This document shows positions 23,937-31,424 of a stretch of 64,000 bases of DNA, one piece after another. How positions within the stretch are numbered: position 1 is the stretch's first letter; every line of letters begins with the position of its first letter. The translations under genes were made by a program, and so were the position numbers. The notes under the pieces are model-generated. The model was given only the letters and a program-made list of their open reading frames with translations, had not been told where the DNA came from and searched no databases. The DNA comes from a bacterium (GTDB taxonomy: Bacteria > UBA8248). The stretch is from contig OZ242260.1 of the NCBI GenBank assembly GCA_965207065.1, positions 4,320,001 to 4,384,000 of the forward strand. The letters are read 5' to 3'.

Positions 23937-26423
23937 ATGACGCGAAAACCCCGAACAACCCGCCCCAGAAGAGGGACCCCACCTCCACAAGCGGGCCTTT
24001 TTCCGCAAGACGGCACCGAACTGACAGGCGCGGTGGAGCGAATTCGCTTCCGCGCGGATGACACCGGCTACACCGTCCTGCTCGTCCAGCCGGACAACGA
24101 GGATTTCCCGCGCGTGGCCGTTGTGGGCTATCTCTCCTCCATCCGCGAGGGCGAGCGCGTGCGCTTCGAGGGCGGCTGGAAGGACCACCCCAGGTTCGGC
24201 CGCCAGTTCCACGCCGATCTCGCGCGTCCTTTGGAGCCTACGACGATCGAGGGAATCGAAAAGTACCTGGCTTCGGGCATCGTGAAGAACATCGGCCCCG
24301 CGCTGGCCAGGAGAATCGTGGCGCGTTTCGGGGAGAAATCTCTCGATATTCTGGACAGCCACCCGGAGCGCCTCATGGAAGTCGCCGGTCTGGGCGCGAA
24401 GAAGCTCGAAGCCATCGTCGAGAGCTGGAAGAGCCAGAGCGAGGTCAAGGAAATCATGCTCTTCCTGCGGCAATACGACGTCCCCCTCCATCTGTCGGAA
24501 AAAATCTTGAGAACCTACGGCGAGGCGTCCATACGGGTACTGCGCGAAGACCCCTTCCGGCTGGCGTCGGAGATTCACGGCGTCGGCTTCAAGAGCGCGG
24601 ACCGCATTGCGCAGAAACTGGGCATCCCGGCGGACTCTCCCAAACGCCTGGCTGCAGGGGCCGTCTACGTGCTCAACCAACTCGCCGAGCGCGAGGGTCA
24701 CTGCTTTCTTCCCTATGGTGATCTGATCGAGACAGCAGCCGAAATGCTCGAGACGGAAGCCGATGCCTTGACACCCGTCCTCGAGAGCCTGGGCCAGGGC
24801 AGCTCGGTGGTGATCGAATCAGCGAACATGGCCGAGAATCTCGCTTCGCCCGAGGGCAAGCGCGTCTACGCACGCCCGCTCTACGCCGCGGAATGCGAGG
24901 TCGCCCGCCGGCTCGCCGCGCTCATCCGCACACCGCGCGACGAGGCGCGCCTCGAGGCCGCCATGCGGGGACAGGGGGCGCCCGGCGCCACGACGAAGGA
25001 GCGCCTGGGCCACCTCGCCCGGCGCGCGCTCGAGGGCGGCATGGCGACCAAAGATCAGGGGGCGGCCATCGAGGGCGCGCTCACGCAGAAGGTGCTCATC
25101 GTCACGGGCGGCCCCGGCACCGGCAAGACGACCATCGTAAGCGCCGTCACGAACCTCTATACGAAACTGGGCCTCCAGGTCATCCTGGGCGCACCCACGG
25201 GACGTGCGGCCAAGCGCCTCTCGGAAGTCACCGGCCACGAGGCGGCCACCATCCACAGATTGCTCGAATACAGCTGGCACTCGGGCGGTTTCACCCGCGA
25301 TGCGGAAAACCCGCTCACGGGCGACATCGTGATCATCGACGAAGCCTCGATGCTCGACGTGCACCTCACAGCCCATCTTCTGCGCGCGGTGCCCGACCCG
25401 GCGACGCTCGTCCTGGTGGGGGACGTGGACCAGCTCCCCTCCGTGGGTCCCGGCAACGTCCTGAGCGACGTCATCACCTCCGATACCCTGCCCGTCGCGC
25501 GGCTCACCGAGGTTTTCCGCCAGGCGCAGGAGAGTCTCATCGTCGAGAACGCCCACCGCGTGAACCGCGGCGAAATGCCCCGAAACGGCAAGGGGGAAAA
25601 AGAAGACGCGCCGCTCGATTACTACTTCATAGAGGAAAGCGAGGCGGAGCGGGGCGCTGACCTCATCATCGAACTGTGCCGCGAGCGCATTCCCGAGCGA
25701 TTCGGCGTCGACGCCATCGCCGATCTCCAGGTCATCTCCCCCATGCAGCGCGGCGTGCTCGGCGTGCAGAGCCTGAACGCCCGCCTACAGGAAGCGCTCA
25801 ACCCTGCCGGAAACGCACCCGCACTCCAGAGCGGAGGCCGCATTTTCCGCACCGGGGACAAGCTCATCCAGGTGCGGAACAACTACGACAAGGACGTGTT
25901 CAACGGCGACATCGGCGTCGTCAAAAGCGTCAAGACCGAAGAGGGCAGCATTCGCGTGGGCTTCGATTCGAACGTCGTCGAATACACGCGTAGCGCGCTC
26001 GATGAGGTGATGCACGCCTACGCCATCACCGTTCACAAGAGCCAGGGCAGCGAATACCCCGCCGTCGTCATTCCGCTCCACACCCAGCATTTTCCGATGC
26101 TGCAGAGAAACCTCGTCTACACCGCGCTCACGCGCGCAAAGCGTCTGGCGGTGTTCGTCGGATCGAAAAAGGCGCTCGGGATGGCGATTGGAAACGCGCG
26201 CGTGAGAAGAAGGTGGAGCGGTCTGCCCGAAAGAATCCGCCGCGAGGCGAATCTCGCCCCGCTCCTCAGGGAGCCCTCCTCTGCCCCGCAGGAGGCAGAA
26301 GCCGATGAGGCGCAATTCACCGAAGACGCCCCGCCGGATGCCCTGTATGAAGATGAAGCGACCGAGGGCGGCGGGGACCCCTCATCCGATGACGAACTGA
26401 CCTACCACCCCGTGGATGAGTAG
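23937..26423 (+). CDS. recD2: ATP-dependent RecD-like DNA helicase (RecD2)
   Basis: N-terminal OB/HhH region, GGPGTGKTT, APTGRAAKR, DEASM, GDVDQLPSV, YAITVHKSQGSEY, and an acidic C-terminal tail. Confidence 0.95.
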   Translation: MTRKPRTTRPRRGTPPPQAGLFPQDGTELTGAVERIRFRADDTGYTVLLVQPDNEDFPRVAVVGYLSSIREGERVRFEGGWKDHPRFGRQFHADLARPLEPTTIEGIEKYLASGIVKNIGPALARRIVARFGEKSLDILDSHPERLMEVAGLGAKKLEAIVESWKSQSEVKEIMLFLRQYDVPLHLSEKILRTYGEASIRVLREDPFRLASEIHGVGFKSADRIAQKLGIPADSPKRLAAGAVYVLNQLAEREGHCFLPYGDLIETAAEMLETEADALTPVLESLGQGSSVVIESANMAENLASPEGKRVYARPLYAAECEVARRLAALIRTPRDEARLEAAMRGQGAPGATTKERLGHLARRALEGGMATKDQGAAIEGALTQKVLIVTGGPGTGKTTIVSAVTNLYTKLGLQVILGAPTGRAAKRLSEVTGHEAATIHRLLEYSWHSGGFTRDAENPLTGDIVIIDEASMLDVHLTAHLLRAVPDPATLVLVGDVDQLPSVGPGNVLSDVITSDTLPVARLTEVFRQAQESLIVENAHRVNRGEMPRNGKGEKEDAPLDYYFIEESEAERGADLIIELCRERIPERFGVDAIADLQVISPMQRGVLGVQSLNARLQEALNPAGNAPALQSGGRIFRTGDKLIQVRNNYDKDVFNGDIGVVKSVKTEEGSIRVGFDSNVVEYTRSALDEVMHAYAITVHKSQGSEYPAVVIPLHTQHFPMLQRNLVYTALTRAKRLAVFVGSKKALGMAIGNARVRRRWSGLPERIRREANLAPLLREPSSAPQEAEADEAQFTEDAPPDALYEDEATEGGGDPSSDDELTYHPVDE

Positions 26424-26438
26424 CGGAGGTTCGCCGCA

Positions 26439-26467
26439 ACAAAAAAACCTGTCCCGGAAGACAGGGG
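26439..26467 (-). terminator. Intrinsic terminator of repeat unit 1 (homologues near 26947-26976 and 27372-27401)
   Basis: Minus strand CCTGTCTTCCGGGACAGG hairpin followed by TTTTTTTGTTG, conserved in all three units. Confidence 0.8.
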
Positions 26468-26491
26468 CGGTATGGCTTGTGGGAAACGCTT

Positions 26492-26770
26492 TTACTTCGC
26501 TGTCCGTTCGATGAGGGTCTTGAGGGCGATCATGGACCCTTCATGGTTTTTCATGTTTTCCTCATGTTTCTTCATGTTTTCTTCGTGCTTCTTCATGTTT
26601 TCGGCATGATTTTTCATGACCTCATCATGGCGTCTCGCGCTTTCCCTTTCCCTCAATTCCGAGGCACGGCTCATCTGCCTGAGGCCCATCAAGATGAGGG
26701 CGCACTGCGCTAGACCGATGAGGGACTGCACGGCGTAGAACCCGAGCGTCGCGATCTGAAATGTCGTCAT
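26492..26770 (-). CDS. Small membrane-anchored coiled-coil protein, copy 1 (92 aa, Met/His heptad expansion)
   Basis: RBS GAGGAAG. Reads MTTFQIATLGFYAVQSLIGLAQCALILMGL (hydrophobic), then RRHDEVMKNHAENMKKHEENMKKHEENMKNHEGSMIALKTLIERTAK. Confidence 0.8.
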   Translation of the reverse strand: MTTFQIATLGFYAVQSLIGLAQCALILMGLRQMSRASELRERESARRHDEVMKNHAENMKKHEENMKKHEENMKNHEGSMIALKTLIERTAK

Positions 26771-26850
26771 TGCTTCTTCCTCGCGGGTCCGTTGTTTTCG
26801 CTCTGCGGACACCATGGCCTCGCGTTCCATGGCCCGCAAGCTCAGACAAA

Positions 26851-26879
26851 ATACTAGTCCCTTTTCCGTTCCCCCGCAA
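26851..26879 (-). promoter_or_regulatory. Putative sigma70 promoter of unit 1 (homologues at about 27276-27304 and 27735-27763)
   Basis: TTGCGG-N17-TAGTAT in unit 1, TTGCGA-N17-TAGTGT in unit 2, TTGCGG-N17-TAGAGT in unit 3. The boxes and 17-bp spacing are conserved while the spacer sequence diverges. Confidence 0.65.
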
Positions 26880-27000
26880 GATTCGGACTATTAGTAATAA
26901 CGATTTGACCTACCACCCAGTGGATGAGTAGGGGAGGTTTGACGCAACAAAAAGCCCCGTCCCGGAGGACAGGGGCGAAATGGCTGGTGGTAGGCGAGGG

Positions 27001-27195
27001 TTACTTCGCAGTCCGTTCGATGAGCGCCTTGAGCGCGGTCATCGACTCCTCATGTCGCCTTGCGCTATCTTTTTCTCTCAATTCCGTGGCGCGGCTCATC
27101 TGCTTCAAGCCCATCAAGATGAGCAGGCACTGCGCGAGGCCGATCAAGGACTGGATAGCGTAGAACCCGAGCGACGCGATTTGAAATGTCGTCAT
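27001..27195 (-). CDS. Small membrane-anchored coiled-coil protein, copy 2 (64 aa)
   Basis: MTTFQIASLGFYAIQSLIGLAQCLLILMGLKQM...RRHEESMTALKALIERTAK. Paralogue of copies 1 and 3. Confidence 0.8.
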   Translation of the reverse strand: MTTFQIASLGFYAIQSLIGLAQCLLILMGLKQMSRATELREKDSARRHEESMTALKALIERTAK

Positions 27196-27425
27196 TTCAT
27201 TTTCCTCACGGGTCTCTTGTTATCACCCGGCGAATTCCATGGCCTCGAATCCCATGGTCCGCAACCCTGGGTAAAACACTATCCCCTATCGCGCTCAATC
27301 GCAAGATTCGGACTTTTAGTGATAACGATTTGACCTACCACCCCGTGGATGAGTAGGGGAGGTTTGACGCAACAAAAAGACCCCGTCCCGGAGGACGGGG
27401 CTGGATAGGTGTTGGGATGCGGAGG

Positions 27426-27653
27426 CTACTTCGCTGTTCTCTCGATGAGCGCCTTGAGCGCCGTCATCGACTCGGCATGTTTTTCGGCATGATTATTCAT
27501 GGCCTCCTCATGCCGCCTCGCGCTCTCTCTTTCCCTCAATTCCGAGGCGCGGCTCATCTGCCTGAGGCCCATCAAGATGAGGGCGCACTGCGCGAGGCCG
27601 ATGAGGGACTGTATGGCGTAGAACCCGAGCGTCGCGATTTGAAACGTCGTCAT
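27426..27653 (-). CDS. Small membrane-anchored coiled-coil protein, copy 3 (75 aa)
   Basis: MTTFQIATLGFYAIQSLIGLAQCALILMGL...RRHEEAMNNHAEKHAESMTALKALIERTAK. Confidence 0.8.
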   Translation of the reverse strand: MTTFQIATLGFYAIQSLIGLAQCALILMGLRQMSRASELRERESARRHEEAMNNHAEKHAESMTALKALIERTAK

Positions 27654-27782
27654 TGCTTCTTCCTCGCGGGTCCATAGTTTTTTCCCTGCGGAACGCCATA
27701 GCCTCGCGCTCCATGGCCCGCAATCCTGGATAAAACTCTATCCCCTTTCGCGCTCAACCGCAAGATTCGGGCCTGCTGCAAC

Positions 27783-28811
27783 TTACGGCTTCAGCACCAC
27801 CTTAAGCGACTCCCCCGCTTCGGCGACGAGGCGGAAGCCCTCCTGCGCCTGCTCGAGCGGGAGCCTGTGGGTGATCATCTCCTCGGCATCGATGCGTCCG
27901 GTGCTGATGAGCGCAAGCGCTTCTTCCAGATCGAGCGGAGCCGCGCCGTATGTGGTGGTGAGGGCGATCTGCTCGCTCCAGATCCGGTTCAAATCCATCG
28001 CGGGGCGGTAGCCCGGCGGCGTGGGAGCGAAAAGTTGCAGGACGCCGCACGTCGCCACGCTTGCCAGAGCCGTCTCCAAGGCCTCTGGCGCGCCGGCGCA
28101 CAGGACGACACGATCCGCCAGACGACCGTCGTTCGCCTCCCGCAAGGCTTCGGCCATATCCTCACACGGAGGCAGTGCGTGCGCGCCGAACCGCTCGACG
28201 GCTTTCAGGCGGTAAGGAGAGATGTCCGTCGCGAAAACAGGGCCCGCGCCCAACAGGCGCGCCGCCTGCACGTGCAGAAGGCCGGACATACCGCTCCCCA
28301 CCACGAGGACGCTCAGGCCCGGCATCATCCGGAAGCGCCGCCAGCCGCGCAGTACGCAACCCATCGGCTCAATGAGCACGCCCGCATCGTCGGACACTCC
28401 ATCGGGCAGGCGGAACGCGCCCCGCTCCACGTTGATGGCCGGCAGACGGATGAACTCGGCGAAACCGCCGGGGTCGAAATTCGTAGATTTCAGCATCTCA
28501 CAAGCCGTGTGGTCGCCGCGTAAACAAAGCGCGCATCGGTTGCACGGCACGTGGTGGGTGACGCAGACGCGGTCGCCGACGCAAAAGCCATCCACCCCCT
28601 CGCCCGCCTCTGCCACGACGCCCGTCACCTCGTGGCCCAGAACCCGCGGCGCGCTCCCCACCCGGTACCACTCCATGACGTCGCTTCCGCAGATGCCGCT
28701 CGCGCGCGTCTCAACCAGAAGCTCACCCGCACCGGCGCGGGGTTTTTCCACTTCCTCGATCCGCACGTCGTCGTTTCGATAATAGACCGCCGCTCGCATG
28801 GTGTCAGGCAT
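27783..28811 (-). CDS. Zinc-dependent alcohol/polyol dehydrogenase (MDR family, iditol dehydrogenase-like)
   Basis: GICGSD, GHEVTG, structural-Zn Cys cluster (CNRCALC...C), GSGMSG. Confidence 0.9.
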   Translation of the reverse strand: MPDTMRAAVYYRNDDVRIEEVEKPRAGAGELLVETRASGICGSDVMEWYRVGSAPRVLGHEVTGVVAEAGEGVDGFCVGDRVCVTHHVPCNRCALCLRGDHTACEMLKSTNFDPGGFAEFIRLPAINVERGAFRLPDGVSDDAGVLIEPMGCVLRGWRRFRMMPGLSVLVVGSGMSGLLHVQAARLLGAGPVFATDISPYRLKAVERFGAHALPPCEDMAEALREANDGRLADRVVLCAGAPEALETALASVATCGVLQLFAPTPPGYRPAMDLNRIWSEQIALTTTYGAAPLDLEEALALISTGRIDAEEMITHRLPLEQAQEGFRLVAEAGESLKVVLKP

Positions 28812-28840
28812 GATAATGCTTCCCGGGTTACGCGCAGACT

Positions 28841-29731
28841 TCAATCCGTGAGGGGCGCAACGCTCAAATCCTCGAACATCTCATAGGCGGCGTCGGGGCT
28901 CAGGTCTTCATGCACGACGGCGCGAACCGCCCGGATCATGGCGACCGGATGCGCGCTCTGGAAGATGTTCCGGCCCATGTCCACGCCCACCGCTCCCTCA
29001 TCGATGGCCCGGCGGCAGAATGCGAGCGCCTCGCGCTCGGGGACCTTCTTGCCCCCCGCGATGACGATGGGCGCGAAACAACCGCGCACCACGCGCTCAA
29101 AACCCTCGCAGTAGTAGGTCTTGACGACGTCCGCCCCGTGCTCGGCCGCGATGCGCGTCGCAAGACCCAGATAGCGGGCGTCGCGCGTCATCTCCTTGCC
29201 CACCGCCGTGATGCCCAAGACGATCAGACCCTCCCGGCGGCCCTCGTCGCTCATGCGGGCGAGGTTCAGGATGGATTCTTTCTGGTAGCGCGCGCCCACG
29301 TAGACCGACACCGAAACGCCCGCCACGCCAAGGCGCGCCGCCTCCGCCGCCGAGACTGTGATGGACTCGTTCGAGAGTTCGCGGTTCACGATTTCATCGG
29401 CGATTTGCCCTCTCAGCGCCTCGCGCGCCGTCTCATCCGCAAGGCCCGCCGACCGGATGCTCAACTCGCGCTCAAGCTCCACGGGGTCTGAATAGACGAT
29501 GGCGTTTCCGCCCGATGCCCGGAGAATTACGGGCGTCTTGCTCTCTGGCGGCATGCAGCGCAGGAAGACGCCCTTCGTGGGACTGACCGCGTCGCACCAG
29601 GCCAACAGGGGTTCGACCGTCTTCCCCGGTTCTTCGAGGCCCGAGGTCGGCCCCTGGAAATAGCCGTGGTCCACCGCCAGCATGACGATGCGCCCCGTCT
29701 TCTCGTTCATGATTTTCATATGGTCAGACAT
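28841..29731 (-). CDS. lsrF: LsrF-like class I aldolase/thiolase
   Basis: MLAVDHGYFQGPTSGLE, TAVGKEMTRDARYLGLATRIAAEHGADVVKTYY, IAGGKK, GVDMGRNIFQS. Confidence 0.85.
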   Translation of the reverse strand: MSDHMKIMNEKTGRIVMLAVDHGYFQGPTSGLEEPGKTVEPLLAWCDAVSPTKGVFLRCMPPESKTPVILRASGGNAIVYSDPVELERELSIRSAGLADETAREALRGQIADEIVNRELSNESITVSAAEAARLGVAGVSVSVYVGARYQKESILNLARMSDEGRREGLIVLGITAVGKEMTRDARYLGLATRIAAEHGADVVKTYYCEGFERVVRGCFAPIVIAGGKKVPEREALAFCRRAIDEGAVGVDMGRNIFQSAHPVAMIRAVRAVVHEDLSPDAAYEMFEDLSVAPLTD

Positions 29732-29796
29732 TTTATGGCTCTCCGGCGGGACGAGCCGCGCTGAAAAAGATGGAACGGGCGAGAGTCACTTGATAC

Positions 29797-30786
29797 TCAT
29801 ACATCCGGTGCATTCTCCGGCGGGAGCGGCGGGCCGCCCTTGTAGAAGACGCGCGCCATCACGTAGTTTTTCGCCGTGAAATCCTCATCCCCCTTATCCT
29901 CGGCCACCGCGCGCTTCAGGATGTTGAACTTCGCATCCATGTCGTCCGCGTAGTGGAGCAGGAGCGCCTCCGCCGACATGGGAACCTTCACCGTGCCCCA
30001 GTCGGGCTGGCCCTGATGCGAGAGGATGAGGTGTTCGAGATGCAGCAGGAAATCCTCGGGCAGCGCCTCGCCTTCTGGGAATACACCCTCGCGCCCCGCC
30101 CACTCGCGGACGATGTCGCGCCCCAGCACGATATGGCCGAGGAGACGGCCGGCGGCGGTGTAGTGCGTGGCGCCCTCGGTGGAGAGTTCCTCCAGTTTAC
30201 CGATGTCGTGCAGGAGCGCGCCCGCGACGAGTAAATCCTTCGAGACGTCGTATTTATCCGCCAGATACAGGCACGTCTTCGTGACTGAGAGGGTGTGCTC
30301 CAGCAGGCCGCCCAGGTAGGGATGGTGAATGCGCTGGGCGGCGGGCCACTCGCGGAATTTCTCCTCATAGGCATCCAGGATGGCGGTGAGATAGGCGGCC
30401 ACGAGCGGGTGGCAGCCGCCCGCGATGCGCTTCGCCTCCTCCCACATGACGTCGATGTCATACGGCGTGCGCTGCACGCAGTCCTCGGGCTTGAAGCCGC
30501 TCTCATAATCCTGCTCGTTCACCCGGCGGACGCGATCCACACGAAGCTGCAGACGGCCCTGGTAGTTCTCGCCCGCGGCGCGCACCTTGACGAAATCGCC
30601 CGCCCCAATCGCGCCCTGCACCTGAGTGGCCGGCTCCCAGACCTTGGCGGGAACCTCGCCCGTGGCGTCTTCGAGCGTCAGATCGAGATACTCCCGGCCC
30701 GCGCGGCTCTGGCGCGCCTCGTATTCCCGGATTTTGAAAAAAGCATCGAACCGCTCGCCTTCTTTCAGCGTCGCAATGTTGGCCAC
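29797..30786 (-). CDS. yhaM: OB-fold + HD-domain 3'-5' exoribonuclease (YhaM/Cbf1 family)
   Basis: N-terminal OB fold (YLDLTLEDATG), PAAQRIHHPYLGGLLEHT, LLHDIGK, HLILSHQG, HYADDMDAK. Confidence 0.87.
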   Translation of the reverse strand: MANIATLKEGERFDAFFKIREYEARQSRAGREYLDLTLEDATGEVPAKVWEPATQVQGAIGAGDFVKVRAAGENYQGRLQLRVDRVRRVNEQDYESGFKPEDCVQRTPYDIDVMWEEAKRIAGGCHPLVAAYLTAILDAYEEKFREWPAAQRIHHPYLGGLLEHTLSVTKTCLYLADKYDVSKDLLVAGALLHDIGKLEELSTEGATHYTAAGRLLGHIVLGRDIVREWAGREGVFPEGEALPEDFLLHLEHLILSHQGQPDWGTVKVPMSAEALLLHYADDMDAKFNILKRAVAEDKGDEDFTAKNYVMARVFYKGGPPLPPENAPDV

Positions 30787-31172
30787 GAATACGCTCCCGA
30801 ACCAAGAAAGGAATATGAACACGCGCGAAATAAACGCGAGGCTTTATTGTAGGGGCAAGGAGGCTTAAGCCGCAATGAAAGGCGCTTTTATACGAGCGAA
30901 ACGCGTAAACCGTCCCGTAGGGTAATCCCGAAAATGGGTATTGGCGTGCTCCTGCGCCCGCCCAGTCGATGCGATTTTTGAAATCACTCCCGCTTGAGGG
31001 TCAGGCCAGGCCCGGCGGCAAGACGAGAACGCCAGTCCGAAGTCACTGCCCTTACGAAACTCACCAAAAGCGCCTTGTGTGGATCAAGAACGGCGGCCGG
31101 CCCGCTCATTCACCCACTCGCGTCACCCGGGGAGCGAAACGGAGCCGGAATCCCCGTAAAGCGCCCCGCCCT

Positions 31173-31424
31173 TCAGATCATCCCGCCGACGAAACCCTGC
31201 TTGCGGGTTCTGGCGACCGGCTCGATAAGCGCTCTTTTGGAGCGGCATTCCCGGCAGCGCAGGAGGGGTTCCAAGTCTTCGACGCGCATTCCCCGGTGCA
31301 CCTTTCCCGTTTCCGGCTTGGCGAGGAGTTCGGCGGGCTCCAGTATCTTCTCCCGGCCGCAGGCCTCGCACACCACGATGAAATACCAGTCTCCCTCGGC
31401 GTAATCGCCCAAAAGAAGCGCCAT
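31173..31424 (-). CDS. Small Zn-ribbon hypothetical protein (83 aa), coupled to the Y-family polymerase
   Basis: ATG overlaps the polymerase stop (TAATG). Two CxxC pairs: CEAC and CREC. Confidence 0.65.
   Translation of the reverse strand: MALLLGDYAEGDWYFIVVCEACGREKILEPAELLAKPETGKVHRGMRVEDLEPLLRCRECRSKRALIEPVARTRKQGFVGGMI

Larger units (their letters stand above)
26398..27770. repeat. Tandem array of three diverged long direct repeats (26398-26905, 26906-27330, 27331-27770)
   Basis: Each unit starts with TGACCTACCACCC(C/A)GTGGATGAGTAG, contains the same terminator and a paralogous ORF, and ends near CGCAAGATTCGG. Confidence 0.95.

Noticed and set aside
26771-26839. N-terminal extension of copy 1 (115-aa version in the ORF track)
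   Set aside because: Not in frame in the other copies. The RBS and homology point to the ATG at 26770.
26398-27356. 26-bp repeat as a CRISPR array
   Set aside because: The intervening segments are 400-480 bp, homologous to each other and coding. No cas genes are present.
26492-27653. Paralogous small ORFs as DGR template/variable repeats
   Set aside because: No reverse transcriptase in the window, and the differences are not confined to adenines.
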